Source: Thermoproteota archaeon (GTDB lineage Archaea; Asgardarchaeota; Njordarchaeia; Njordarchaeales; Panguiarchaeaceae). Taken from it: DNA of 39,439 bases. The notes beneath the pieces are model-generated. The model did no database searches and was not told the DNA's origin. It saw only the letters and a list, made by a program, of their open reading frames with translations. Each line of letters opens with the position of its first letter. Position 1 is the stretch's first letter. Positions 1 to 10,446 of this stretch are shown here, one piece after another. A program made the translations under genes and the position numbers. The DNA is taken from the NCBI GenBank assembly GCA_024720975.1, contig JANJXX010000008.1, positions 1 to 39,439 on the forward strand. The letters are read 5' to 3'.

Positions 1-35
1 AAAATAAATCAGCTACGTTCATTGTCAAGGCTGAA

Positions 36-182
36 ATGTTCCCTGGCTAGTTACTCCCTAATAGCCTTAGTCTCTAGATTAGCTAACACTATTGCGTGCT
101 TTCCTAGAAGCTTCTCCTTAGAATAAGGTTTTATACCTGCCACTAGCGTTCTTACCCCATTTCTAACGTTTGCTTTGAGAAA
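36..182 (-). pseudogene. Frameshifted fragment of a tRNA-binding OB-fold domain (Trbp111/CsaA/MetRS C-terminal type)
   Basis: Manual minus-strand translation gives FLKANVRNGVRTLVAGIKPYSKEKLLGKHAIVLANLETKAIR, then after a 1-nt frameshift GVTSQG. This matches the RTLVAGI...LANL...RG.SQGM family pattern. No intact start seen. Confidence 0.65.
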
Positions 183-399
183 GTATCGAAGCTAAACGCT
201 TGTATTTTATCCTTATGTGAGCAGTCTCAGCATCCCTCTAGCCTTCCCGCGAATCGCATCCTTTGAGATGCCTCTTATTGCTTTTCCTTTGGATAGGAGG
301 CAAGTGTAAACATGGATTGAGTCATTTTTCCTCAATTCTCGCAAGCATGATCTTCGCAAAGCCTTAAACATCCTGGAGCTCTTCCTCTTTTCATGTGAT

Positions 400-1314
400 T
401 TAAGAGTCTCTGCTATTTTCTTTGTTGTTTGTAACGCTTCTCTGCATTCTAACTCTTTCTTGGAGAAATGTTCTAAGCCTTTTTGTATCTTCTCGAATTT
501 TATATTTAATAATATCTCCAGTTAGAGTAGCTTGCCAATATCCAACCTTTTCCAAGATCACGTTCTTGAGCTCTAGGTCTATCTCATACCCATAGCTGTT
601 CCTGCCGAGCTCCTTGGCCACCTTAGTGGTTGTCCCGGAGCCTAAGAATGGATCAAGCACAGTTTCGCCCTTAAATGAGAAGAGCTTGATTAGGCGCCTA
701 GGTATCTCCTCCGGAAAAGCGGCTATTCCCTCCTCAGGTCTACCCTTCAATGGAAGCACGTTCGTAATTTCCCAAACACTCAAGTACCACTTCTCCTTGT
801 TGAAAACCTCAATATCTACCTTAGATTCTTCAAGGATTTTGCTGTCGAGGCTCTTGAGATATGAGTAGTCGAATTCTCCTTTTTGGAAGATTATTATCTC
901 CTCGTATATGTTGTCCGGATAATAGTACATTGGGTATGGATGCTGGATTATAACTCCGCTCCTCCTGCTTATCCGTATGTATCCCTCGGGCTTCTTCCAG
1001 ATGATTCTATCTCTATATTTGAAGCCGCTCTCAATCATTATCCTAATGATATCGGAGCATATTGGGTAAAGCTTTCCTTCGATCCTAACATCCTGTGTGA
1101 CGAAGCACGCAATCCTGCCTGGAGCTAGAACACGCTTTAACTCCTTTGCAACGGAGCGTATCAAATCTAAATAATCATCGTAGCTCTTAAAGAGATAGGG
1201 GTAATCGAATGGAGCGTTGTAGTATGGTGGCGAGGTAACTACTAGGTGAATTGACTCGTTAGGTACTTCGCTCATGTTCCTACAGTCTCCGAAAATTATC
1301 TTATGCCAAGTCAT
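400..1314 (-). CDS. Site-specific DNA methyltransferase, N4-cytosine/N6-adenine beta class
   Basis: N-terminal catalytic VTSPPY motif and C-terminal SAM-binding VLDPFLGSGTT...GYEID (beta order); AGGTGAG SD upstream. Confidence 0.92.
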   Translation of the reverse strand: MTWHKIIFGDCRNMSEVPNESIHLVVTSPPYYNAPFDYPYLFKSYDDYLDLIRSVAKELKRVLAPGRIACFVTQDVRIEGKLYPICSDIIRIMIESGFKYRDRIIWKKPEGYIRISRRSGVIIQHPYPMYYYPDNIYEEIIIFQKGEFDYSYLKSLDSKILEESKVDIEVFNKEKWYLSVWEITNVLPLKGRPEEGIAAFPEEIPRRLIKLFSFKGETVLDPFLGSGTTTKVAKELGRNSYGYEIDLELKNVILEKVGYWQATLTGDIIKYKIREDTKRLRTFLQERVRMQRSVTNNKENSRDS

Positions 1315-1530
1315 TAAAGATCACTCACCTTAGAGTCTTCATCCCTTACTCCCTCCTGATCAAATCTATGACGGCTTTATCGGAGTTAGGAATATCCTCG
1401 GATTTTTTCCTATGCTTACTGATCGTCCTATAAAGCTTATTAGAAAACTCAATAGTCTAAACTTCAAAGTATACGATTTAGGTTTAATAATAGGTGAGAA
1501 TTTTCTTCCCTCAGCCCATCTTACAACCAA

Positions 1531-1562
1531 AAGCCCCACTCCTTCAGGATGGAGAGAGGTAG
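1531..1562 (+). mobile_element. Possible degenerate IS200/IS605-family end hairpin
   Basis: AAGCCCCACTCCTTCAGGATGGAGAGAGGTAG resembles the AAGCCCC-hairpin-GGAGGAGGTCA ends recalled for archaeal IS605/IS1341 elements; no transposase nearby. Confidence 0.4.
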
Positions 1563-1565
1563 GAT

Positions 1566-2321
1566 CTAAGAGTTTCGATTGCATAGAGAGGGTAATTTGT
1601 TTATTACGTGTATCTTTTTCTTAAGAGCCGTTTGCGTTGGGCTTATTTTCCAGCGGTATTTTGTCCAGGTTATGTTCGATATGTAACTTATTAGCTGGCT
1701 TAATTGATAATCGCCCTGTGGGAATTCATCAGTTAGCCAGTAAATGTTTGGAATGCAATAATTGGCAGCTGGATAAATGTCGTAGAACGGATGATCACCA
1801 ACGAATGTTATAGTCATTCCCTGGAGCATTTTACATACATAATCAAATGCCTCTGGATATGGCTTGGGTTTTGGCAGCTCGTCTGAAGTTATTAGGATGT
1901 CCACAAAGTTTATTAGATTAGTTCTTTTGATGACTCTCTCTTGGAATATCCTCTTACCATTTGTTAGTATGGCGATCTTAGCAGAACGATTTTTCAAGTT
2001 TTCCAATGTCTTTAATGCTTCTGGAATTAATTGGACAAAGCCGTCATCAATATTCTTAATAAATCTCTGTGTGAAAACCCCAGGTGTATAGCTTGATCCA
2101 ATTCTTGTACATGTCTGCTTTAAGATGTACTCCCAGTCAAAAGCTCTTATTAAGTCTCGCTTGGCGACGGTCAAGTAGTATGTTTTTAGGAATTCGTTGT
2201 AGAATTTCTCAGGATTGATATTAATGTTTAATATTTCGGGCAGCTCGAGAATCGTTTTTTTAAATGCTTGATTATTTACGAGAGTTCCATCTAAATCAAA
2301 GATATAGGCTTCATTCTCCAT
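1566..2321 (-). CDS. HAD-superfamily hydrolase/phosphatase
   Basis: Motif I FDLDGTL, motif II LTNG, KP.P, motif IV FVGD...D. Confidence 0.9.
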   Translation of the reverse strand: MENEAYIFDLDGTLVNNQAFKKTILELPEILNININPEKFYNEFLKTYYLTVAKRDLIRAFDWEYILKQTCTRIGSSYTPGVFTQRFIKNIDDGFVQLIPEALKTLENLKNRSAKIAILTNGKRIFQERVIKRTNLINFVDILITSDELPKPKPYPEAFDYVCKMLQGMTITFVGDHPFYDIYPAANYCIPNIYWLTDEFPQGDYQLSQLISYISNITWTKYRWKISPTQTALKKKIHVINKLPSLCNRNS

Positions 2322-2380
2322 ACAGCTAATCCTTTATGATTTGTAGACTTTAAGATCGGGGTCTATTATTGTTTTCGGTC

Positions 2381-3388
2381 TCATAATGGGAATAGCCAGA
2401 GTATCTGGTTCATCAATATGAGCAAGAGCGTGAGTATCATACCGAGTGTAAATGCTATGTCTGATTTGCTCAGTGGTATCAAAATGTACTCAGTTCTTTT
2501 TGGATATGCTCTGAAAGCTTTAACTGTTGCAGCAATTGCCATTCTCCTCGCTTCGCGTATGGCTTCAACTATTGCTGGTATAAACGCTAGTAATATAGCG
2601 GCCATTGCTCTTTTCAATGCACCAAGTGTTGTTATGGGGTTTTTAGAGATTCTTGGGGTGAATGATAATGCCCTTGCTCTTTCAGCTGCAATAACTAGAA
2701 ACATTTTTTCTAGTAAGGAGGGTATGGCTTTTATTGCTATTGATATCATAAATACTAGCTCGTATGGAAACTTAAGTCTTCTGAGTCCATAGACGATGTC
2801 ACTTGGGTGTGTTGTTGATACTAGTATTAGGGCTGCAGACATTGCTGACATTACTCTAAGACTCTGAATAATACCATAATAAGCACCCTCTAGTGAAATT
2901 GCTCTACTCATCCAGTGAAGTGCTTGTGGCATTATGTAAATTCTCGTGTATGCAGGAGTTGTATAGTATGGGTTTAGGAAGCTTTGTGACCATGCAGTCA
3001 TTATTAGTTGTAATAATAACATTATTGTAACGAGTCTCGTCTTGTCCTTGCTGGGATTTGCGAGAGTCCATGGTATCAGAGTGGCTATGAATATTACTAG
3101 GAGTGTTTCTGGCCTATCTACGAGAGTGACTAGTAGGCTTATGAAGAAGACATATATTATCTTTGGTAATGGATGCACTCGATGAATATAAGATTCTCTC
3201 CTCTCGTAACTAAAGAGTCTTCTGAAACCTGATATGCCTATAATTACAAAAACCAGGTATGCTATAATTCCGGGAATCAACATAACTAGCACGACGAATA
3301 TTAAAAGCGCTCCTAGGCCACTTCTAATTTCGGGGGGCATTGCTGGTATTATATTAAGTAACCAGCTTAGGTCTATGCTAATACTCAT
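2381..3388 (-). CDS. ecfT: ECF transporter transmembrane T component (EcfT/CbiQ family) with extra N-terminal TM segment
   Basis: SYIHRVHPLPKI (CbiQ-like), TTHPSDIVYGLRRLKFP, AERARA coupling motif; multiple TM helices; follows an ECF ATPase. Confidence 0.85.
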   Translation of the reverse strand: MSISIDLSWLLNIIPAMPPEIRSGLGALLIFVVLVMLIPGIIAYLVFVIIGISGFRRLFSYERRESYIHRVHPLPKIIYVFFISLLVTLVDRPETLLVIFIATLIPWTLANPSKDKTRLVTIMLLLQLIMTAWSQSFLNPYYTTPAYTRIYIMPQALHWMSRAISLEGAYYGIIQSLRVMSAMSAALILVSTTHPSDIVYGLRRLKFPYELVFMISIAIKAIPSLLEKMFLVIAAERARALSFTPRISKNPITTLGALKRAMAAILLAFIPAIVEAIREARRMAIAATVKAFRAYPKRTEYILIPLSKSDIAFTLGMILTLLLILMNQILWLFPL

Positions 3389-3394
3389 GACTTC

Positions 3395-3991
3395 TCACCC
3401 AGGGGATTCTAATTCAGAGTGGCAGTTCCAGCAATATTTTGGATTTGAGTAGATTGTAGCCCCGCAAACTGGGCAACTTAGAGGAAGATTGTAAGGTTTT
3501 TTCCAACTTTCTGGGAAGATTATCCCGATGCGCCTTAGTCTATCAAATATTGTCTTCTTGGGCTTATACTTGTTCACTAGCTCAAATGTATAGATAGCTG
3601 ATAAAGATGCTAGTATCGGTGTTATACCTTCTGGTATATAAATTACTATTGGGATCCTCCAGAACGAGATCAAGTAGATAATGTATAAGAAGTAACTTGT
3701 TATCACGGCTAGTGCGGTTATGTTTGCATTCCGTGATCGGCTCCACGCGAGAAGCCATCCAGCAATCCAAGCTAGAGTAGCCGCTAATATGCTTATTGGC
3801 CGCCTGGATTCTTCAGGTATTAGTAACAACCACTCAGCAATACTATGTATTGATAGTGGCATGCCTTTGAATTGTAGGAAGACATGACTTTCGTAGGCAA
3901 CAATGTTTATTATTACGAAGAATACTGGTGTGAAGACAAAGCCTATAAACAGTGCTTTTAGGTAATCTGAGCCCGAACCCACTGGGATCAC
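3395..3991 (-). CDS. Membrane protein with C-terminal zinc ribbon
   Basis: About 4 hydrophobic segments followed by CPVC-x10-CWNC; overlaps the ATPase stop and lies between ecfA and ecfT. Confidence 0.75.
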   Translation of the reverse strand: MIPVGSGSDYLKALFIGFVFTPVFFVIINIVAYESHVFLQFKGMPLSIHSIAEWLLLIPEESRRPISILAATLAWIAGWLLAWSRSRNANITALAVITSYFLYIIYLISFWRIPIVIYIPEGITPILASLSAIYTFELVNKYKPKKTIFDRLRRIGIIFPESWKKPYNLPLSCPVCGATIYSNPKYCWNCHSELESPG

Positions 3992-5748
3992 CCAGAGGTA
4001 TCGATTATGCTTAGAAATTCCTCGGCGGTTAGCGCGAGTGGATATTGAAAGCCATACTTTCTAAGTTCCTCTACGATCTGCGTTATTCTTGGCTGCTCTA
4101 AGTCTGTTTCCATGAGGACTTTTTTGTTCTCAAATATTTTGTGAGTTGGACCGTCTGCTATGATTCTACCATCCTTCAAAACTATGATCCTTTTGGCATA
4201 TTTACCAATTATATCCATGCTATGAGAGACAATGATTATCGTCATCTTCTGGTTCTCATTTAGTTGTTTTAATAGCTCAAGATATTCCTTACAGCTTCCA
4301 TAATCTTGCCCAGTCGTTGGTTCATCCGCTATTAATATTTTTGGTCTCATGGAAAGTATTGAGGCAACTGCTACTCTGTGTCTCTGTCCTCTACTAAGGG
4401 CTCTAGGAATCCAATTTTTGTATTCTGTTAGTCCCATCATTCTTAGAGCTTCATTGACTCTATCAGAAACTTCCTTGGCTGACAGTCCTATGTTTCTCGG
4501 TCCAAAGGCGATCTCGTCCCATACAGTATTTTGAAAGAGCATTAAGTCTGGGTTTTGGAATATCATACCAACACTTCTGGATGCCTCAGCTAAGCTCATT
4601 TTAGATATGTCCTTACCGAGGACCTTGACATATCCATGGCTTGGTTTATAGAGACCTAAGATCGTTAAGCAGAGGGTTGATTTTCCAGAGCCATTCTGGC
4701 CAATTATACCAACGAACTCGCCCTCATAGATGTCTAGATTTATTCCCTTGAGAGCTACTGTACCATCTGGATACACATACCATAGGTTTCGGATCTCTAT
4801 GACTTTCCTCCCTCTATGCAAATTCCTGTAGTTAGTTTCAAGTTCTTGAAATCTCTCTAACTTCACATTGTTGCAGTTGGGTAGGATCTTTGAGAGGATC
4901 TCAGCAGCTCTTTCTATGGTAAGCGGAATTTCGTCAATTCTTACATTCCTTCTTTGGGCCACTTTATGAAGTATCTCTATATGCCACGGTGGTCTAATGC
5001 CAATATTGTAAAGAAGGTCAATTATCTGTGGGTCCCCAAAAACCTTCTTCGGGCTTCCCTCAGCAAGTATTTCTCCCTTATTCATAACAACGACTTTGTC
5101 AGCGTATTTAGTAACTTCTTCAAGTCTATGTTCTATTAAAAGGACCGTTATATTGAGCTCTCTTACTAACCGATCAATAACACTTAAAACTTCCTTAGCC
5201 CCCCTTGGATCTAGATTCGCCGTTGGTTCATCAAGTATGAGTATCTTGGGCATCATCGCTAGCGCAGACGCTATAGCTACCCTTTGTTTCTGTCCACCGC
5301 TTAAGTCAAAAACGTTTTTGTGAGTTAAGTTCTCTATTCCAGTAGCTTTAGCGGCAAAATTTATTCTCCTGATTATCTCATCATGGCTAAGCATGAGATT
5401 TTCAGGACCGAAGGCTAATTCTGTTAGAACTGATAGAGTGAAGAACTGAGTTTCTGGGTCCTGGAAAACTGTTCCAACCACTGTAGATAATGTCTTCATT
5501 GGTGTTTCCTTAACAACATATTCCTTTTCTCCATCGCTTACTATAACTTCTCCCTTAAGAATTCCTTTGAGAACGTGTGGAATTATTCCATTTATTGTAT
5601 TAATCAATGTAGTCTTACCACAACCTGACGGTCCTATGAGTAATATAAACTCGCCGGGCTTTGCTACGAAATCTACGTCACGCAAAGTGAAGTCCTTAGC
5701 TATCTCGTACCTAAACCACAGATCCTCAACGATTACGTTGTTTTTCAT
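3988..5748 (-). CDS. ecfA: ECF transporter fused double ATPase (EcfA-EcfA')
   Basis: Two ABC domains: GPSGCGKT/FQDP/LSGGQKQR/LDEPT and GQNGSGKS/FQNP/LSRGQRHR/ADEPT; ELAFGPEN is typical of ECF ATPases. Confidence 0.92.
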   Translation of the reverse strand: MKNNVIVEDLWFRYEIAKDFTLRDVDFVAKPGEFILLIGPSGCGKTTLINTINGIIPHVLKGILKGEVIVSDGEKEYVVKETPMKTLSTVVGTVFQDPETQFFTLSVLTELAFGPENLMLSHDEIIRRINFAAKATGIENLTHKNVFDLSGGQKQRVAIASALAMMPKILILDEPTANLDPRGAKEVLSVIDRLVRELNITVLLIEHRLEEVTKYADKVVVMNKGEILAEGSPKKVFGDPQIIDLLYNIGIRPPWHIEILHKVAQRRNVRIDEIPLTIERAAEILSKILPNCNNVKLERFQELETNYRNLHRGRKVIEIRNLWYVYPDGTVALKGINLDIYEGEFVGIIGQNGSGKSTLCLTILGLYKPSHGYVKVLGKDISKMSLAEASRSVGMIFQNPDLMLFQNTVWDEIAFGPRNIGLSAKEVSDRVNEALRMMGLTEYKNWIPRALSRGQRHRVAVASILSMRPKILIADEPTTGQDYGSCKEYLELLKQLNENQKMTIIIVSHSMDIIGKYAKRIIVLKDGRIIADGPTHKIFENKKVLMETDLEQPRITQIVEELRKYGFQYPLALTAEEFLSIIDTSG

Positions 5749-5982
5749 GTTCTATCTCCTAGTCAACTAAATACCCATAAATCGTTTTAAATAGAAACTC
5801 ACACGAAGTCGTAATTATCGCTAAAGAATCTCGAGTGTGTATTTTGGTGATTGAGATTTTCTACATTGTTTGTTGTAACAGGATTTGCGAAACTTCAGAC
5901 TATGAGTAGTTCTGCGGTAGACTTGCATTGGAATTTACGATAGATTCCATATATTGATGTTTACTATATAAAGGGTGTTTCC

Positions 5983-7746
5983 TTGGTATTTTTGGGGCTT
6001 TGGGTGTTGATTTTGAAAAATGCTTTGGCTCTAGTATTATTAGTAATGCTACTTTATCCAGCACCGGGTTTCAGTACTCATCAAGAAAATTTCATCGTGA
6101 TAGGAGGAGAAGACAATACTGTATATGGAAGGCTGGCAATACTTGTTGTACTCGATGCTCTCAACTACACTGTCTTCAAGGAACTTTTAGATGCAAATAT
6201 GCTTCCTAACTTTCAAAACCTCATAGAAAACGGTAGGCTGGTTCTGGGGAAAACGATATATCCAGCAGCTACGACTGCTTGTTGGGCAGCTCTGTTCACG
6301 GGAGCTCCACCCGGAGTTAATGGCGTTGTCAATACCAATGCTATGAATTCTACAGAATACCATCTGCTTCCGCTTGATGTCGAGCCAAGAACAATCTATT
6401 ACTCGGAAATGGTTCGAGCAGAGAGCCTTGCTGAGGTTTTACTAAGCGAGGGTGTTAAGTGTGGTTTCTTATACTCAGAATCCAAGGTGCTTATAGCACT
6501 TGGCAAAAGTGGTAAAGCTTCAGTAGTAACTTACTATCCTCCTAGCTATAATGCTTACGACCCAAGCCTACCGGTTATCTTTAGGAGATATTACATTGAA
6601 GAACTGATTAATAAGTCCATAAATATCATAGATGCATTCTCTCAAATAATCAAAGATGGAGGACGTGCATTAGTTACAGTAGATCTTCCAGAACCAGATG
6701 CTTCTGGACATACACATGGACCAACAAGCAGCTATTATAAGGACGTCATAAAGGCGATAGATTCGGGATTAGGCAAGCTTGTAGATTATCTTCGCACAAG
6801 CCAACTCTGGAATAAGACGCTACTTATAGTTACCACAGATCATTCGATGATTCAAACAACTCCAGAATATAATGTCCTAACTGCTGATGGAAAGCACCTT
6901 GTGGGCCTGCCTGTAGAGCATCGCGTAATACCAATAGGCACTCTTGTCTACATCTACCTAAAGCACGAGGAGCATCTAAATATTGCAGTTGAATATTTAA
7001 AGAAGTTGGATTGGATCTCAGGCATCTGGACGAGAAAGCCGGTTGAAGGGACCAATGGCACACTCTCAGATATAAATCTAAATATCACATATGCTGGCGA
7101 CATTGTAGTGGATTTGAAGGAACCATATTACGCCAGGATAGGGTCAACGAAAGGTGATCACGGTGGCACGAACACTCTAACAATACCAATAATATTCAGT
7201 GGTGGAATGTACAAAGATTCAGATCTGCCAGGAGACATCGGAATACTAGACTTGTGTCCAACGTTAGCAGGTTTTCTGAATGTCAGAAGACCTAGCTCTA
7301 GTGAGGGGCGAAATCTTAGAATATACAAGAATTTCGCTGATGTGAAGGTTAGTGTTAAGCCAACAATAGCTAAGCCAAATCAGCAGATTACGGTTAATAT
7401 AACATACTCAATGCTCCAATTTGAGACAGCAACGCTCAAAGTTCGTGTATTGAATATGAAAACGAATGAGGAGGTTGTGTCCAAGGAAATGGCGATTGAA
7501 GCACCTAATAAAACTGAAACTATTGACATAGCCATTGGAATTGAGGGTGAATATCTCGTTGAGGCAATAGTTTTCTCCGATGGGAACCCATTAGGACGGT
7601 CAGTGGCTAAATTCCTGGTAATTAAAGAGCTTGGAACGCCAGTGGTAGTCTACTATGCACTAGCAATTTCGATAACACTTGGCGTAGTAATTATGATCTT
7701 GCCCATTATGTTGAGGAAACGTTTAATAGGTGGGAAATATGCTTAA
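5983..7746 (+). CDS. Membrane-anchored alkaline-phosphatase-superfamily enzyme (nucleotide pyrophosphatase/phosphodiesterase-like)
   Basis: Signal peptide; VVLDA, PAATTACWAALFTG, PDASGHTHGP, TTDH and GDHGG metal motifs; beta-rich C-terminal domain plus TM anchor. True start may be a few codons downstream. Confidence 0.85.
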   Translation: MVFLGLWVLILKNALALVLLVMLLYPAPGFSTHQENFIVIGGEDNTVYGRLAILVVLDALNYTVFKELLDANMLPNFQNLIENGRLVLGKTIYPAATTACWAALFTGAPPGVNGVVNTNAMNSTEYHLLPLDVEPRTIYYSEMVRAESLAEVLLSEGVKCGFLYSESKVLIALGKSGKASVVTYYPPSYNAYDPSLPVIFRRYYIEELINKSINIIDAFSQIIKDGGRALVTVDLPEPDASGHTHGPTSSYYKDVIKAIDSGLGKLVDYLRTSQLWNKTLLIVTTDHSMIQTTPEYNVLTADGKHLVGLPVEHRVIPIGTLVYIYLKHEEHLNIAVEYLKKLDWISGIWTRKPVEGTNGTLSDINLNITYAGDIVVDLKEPYYARIGSTKGDHGGTNTLTIPIIFSGGMYKDSDLPGDIGILDLCPTLAGFLNVRRPSSSEGRNLRIYKNFADVKVSVKPTIAKPNQQITVNITYSMLQFETATLKVRVLNMKTNEEVVSKEMAIEAPNKTETIDIAIGIEGEYLVEAIVFSDGNPLGRSVAKFLVIKELGTPVVVYYALAISITLGVVIMILPIMLRKRLIGGKYA

Positions 7747-9181
7747 GAACTTGCTTAAGAACAAGCTTCTAATCACTTTTATTGCATTGATAGCAATAGC
7801 AATAATTTTGCCGATGCCACTCTTGTTCCCAGCAACTTCTAATGATGCCGAGGCAGCATTGGCTTCATCAGAGGAATTTCGAAATAGCGCATTATGGCTC
7901 TTTGACAACACTTTTGTTCCAGTTGTAGTATTAGCAATACTGCTCGAACTATTTAGTCTTGCGCTAAGAAGGAGAGCGACTATTATCAAAAGGACTACTA
8001 CCAAGAAAAAGGCTACACTTATTCTGGCAATGATTGTTTTGTCTACATGCGCAACTTTTGCGTTCCCAATTAGTACCGCTCAGAATCAGGCACAGCAGAC
8101 TCCACTCGCAAAAATAGTCATTATAGTGATCTTAGACGGTACACGTGCAGATGTATTCTGGGGTACCAGTCACTGGATAACTTCACATAGAGATGAGGGC
8201 GCCTGGGCAAGAAGATTTATATGCACTTATCCGACAGTAACATATCCCAACATAGTCTCTATCGTAACTGGTACTTGGCCGCAGATTCATGGCTGTGAAT
8301 TAAGTCCAAGGTATGTAAAGGAGCGGAACTATCTTATACTTCGAGATTATAGAACACCAAGGGCTGAGGATATCTTTGAGGTAGCAGATAACTATGGCAT
8401 ACTAACAGTAACGGTTATGGCATCTTATTCAATTGGCAGTCTTATCGGAGACTCGAACACAACACATTTAGATGGGGGAGATGCGCGTTCAAATATGGAG
8501 AAAGCTATCAGATTCATTAATGAACACAAAAGTGAAATTGAAGCTAGGGGTCTTCTTATGTGTATTCACCTAATTGATAGCGACGAGTATCTACATGACT
8601 TCTCATCTGACAGCAAGGAGTATAAGAGCGCCATTGCAATGGAGGCGAACCTTGTTGGAATGCTAATAAATAACATAACAGCTAAAGGGTGGGCTAATGA
8701 TTCCGTCGTCATAGTAACTGCTGATCATGGTGGAATTGGTAATGCACACTTTAACAGGTATCCTCCACTGGTTGATGAGGTACCATTCTGGGTATGGGGT
8801 GGACCAGTACTACCTGGAGCAGTAATAAATGGGGGAAGATTAATTGATATTGCTCCGACAGTTGCTTTTATACTAGGCATTAGAAAGCCCAAAGAATCTA
8901 CTGGAGTCGTCTTGTATAAGCTATTTAAGCCGGATGTTCTAGAGAATTTAAAAGGAATCTCCAGCGTTGAATCTTTAGTCCTCGAGGAGTACTCAAATAG
9001 TTTAAGAGGGGCATATGTAGATACAGTATTGTACCTATGTGGCTTCATGGTAGTGATGTTTTTGCTGTCTTTTACAGTAAGAGGCGCGATCATTGGCATG
9101 AGAATTATCAGAAGGTTGTCCCGATATGCTTCACCTACCCCGCATCGTAAGTATAGGTATAAATATGGTGGGGTAAAGTGA
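7730..9181 (+). CDS. Second alkaline-phosphatase-superfamily (NPP-like) membrane protein
   Basis: ILDG, TYPTVTYPNIVSIVTG, DSDEYLH, TADHGG, LIDIAPT; three N-terminal and one C-terminal hydrophobic segments. Confidence 0.85.
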   Translation: MGNMLKNLLKNKLLITFIALIAIAIILPMPLLFPATSNDAEAALASSEEFRNSALWLFDNTFVPVVVLAILLELFSLALRRRATIIKRTTTKKKATLILAMIVLSTCATFAFPISTAQNQAQQTPLAKIVIIVILDGTRADVFWGTSHWITSHRDEGAWARRFICTYPTVTYPNIVSIVTGTWPQIHGCELSPRYVKERNYLILRDYRTPRAEDIFEVADNYGILTVTVMASYSIGSLIGDSNTTHLDGGDARSNMEKAIRFINEHKSEIEARGLLMCIHLIDSDEYLHDFSSDSKEYKSAIAMEANLVGMLINNITAKGWANDSVVIVTADHGGIGNAHFNRYPPLVDEVPFWVWGGPVLPGAVINGGRLIDIAPTVAFILGIRKPKESTGVVLYKLFKPDVLENLKGISSVESLVLEEYSNSLRGAYVDTVLYLCGFMVVMFLLSFTVRGAIIGMRIIRRLSRYASPTPHRKYRYKYGGVK

Positions 9182-10446
9182 TTAGGAGAATGTTGTTAAT
9201 TTTAATGGCATTTGTGATGTTCTCGACTCTGTTGCTAGTTTCTAAATCTGTCTATACAAGTAGTAGTATTAATGTAATTTGGCGTGAGGATGTAGGTCAA
9301 TACTACACTTACAGCAGATACTCCATCCTCGCCAGTGATCTCAAAGATCGCGGCATATCGCCGTCAAGTTACAATGCAAGCGAGTTATTTAAGGGAGCGG
9401 AGGTACCTCCTAATTACTTTGGTGATCCAAAGAAAACAGTGATTGTCATTCCTAATCCACCCAATGAATTCGGCAGCCTTGAGTTAAGTTTTCTTAAGAA
9501 TTTTGTCGAAGCTGGTGGTAAGCTCATTATAATGGGTGACGTACAGTACGACACCAGACGATATGGAAAGCCAGATTATTTGAATGCTTTGCTTGACTAT
9601 ATAGGTATTGGTAATAAAGTGCGTTTCTGGGGAACGAATGATGATGGTGACGAAATAAAGGACTACACTCAAAACTATGGCTATTATTGGCAAGTCGTTG
9701 TAACCAGTGATTGTTTCTCCCCGCACTTGATTTCCTACGAAATCAACAAGGTTGTAATAACATCGTCCTCACTGATAGTCCTTGATCCTTCGGTTTTGGT
9801 GGCAACATCACCACAAACCTCATATGCTCAAAGTGCCTCCGGAAAAATTCACACCTATGGGAATGTTCCTTGGCTTGCAGCTACTGAACTCGGCGAAGGT
9901 AAAATAGTTGTTTGTGGCTCAAGTGTTATATTCAGCGATAGCTATGTCTATGGAAGGTCAGTGCCATACATAAAAACTGAAGATAATGAAAAGCTTTTCT
10001 TCAATATAATTTGGTGGCTTACTGAGCAAAGGATTACGGCTCCTTACAAAATAGAACCAATAGGGATTATTGATGTATTCCCAATAGTTGCAGGAGTTAT
10101 CTCTGGAATAATATTACGAAGAAATGGCAAAGTCGATTATCGCGCTTTCAGCTACCTGTCAATGATTGCATCACTTCTTTTTGCATTCATTGCGACAATA
10201 CAAGTCACTCTCTTTGGCCAAGTAATTGTCGGGACAGCAATACCAGGTTGGGGTGATGTGATGAAGATTAAGGGCGAAACTATACCAGCCGAGCTGAATG
10301 CATTCATTAGGTATTTCTTTACGGGAGCGTTCTGGATTTGCACAGGCTTCTTGCTCATAGCGCTCCTAGAGTGGCTTGACAGGTATCTTGAACTGGGAAT
10401 AACTAAACGCCTTGGAATAAAGCCTGAGGAGGTGATGAAGGAGTGA
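9178..10446 (+). CDS. Surface membrane protein with GIFT/GldG/DUF4350-like domain
   Basis: Signal peptide; VIPNP..F...EL..LKNFVEAGGKLIIMGD, GEGKIVVCGSS.IFSD, DNEKLFFNIIWWL; three C-terminal TM helices. Confidence 0.7.
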   Translation: MIRRMLLILMAFVMFSTLLLVSKSVYTSSSINVIWREDVGQYYTYSRYSILASDLKDRGISPSSYNASELFKGAEVPPNYFGDPKKTVIVIPNPPNEFGSLELSFLKNFVEAGGKLIIMGDVQYDTRRYGKPDYLNALLDYIGIGNKVRFWGTNDDGDEIKDYTQNYGYYWQVVVTSDCFSPHLISYEINKVVITSSSLIVLDPSVLVATSPQTSYAQSASGKIHTYGNVPWLAATELGEGKIVVCGSSVIFSDSYVYGRSVPYIKTEDNEKLFFNIIWWLTEQRITAPYKIEPIGIIDVFPIVAGVISGIILRRNGKVDYRAFSYLSMIASLLFAFIATIQVTLFGQVIVGTAIPGWGDVMKIKGETIPAELNAFIRYFFTGAFWICTGFLLIALLEWLDRYLELGITKRLGIKPEEVMKE

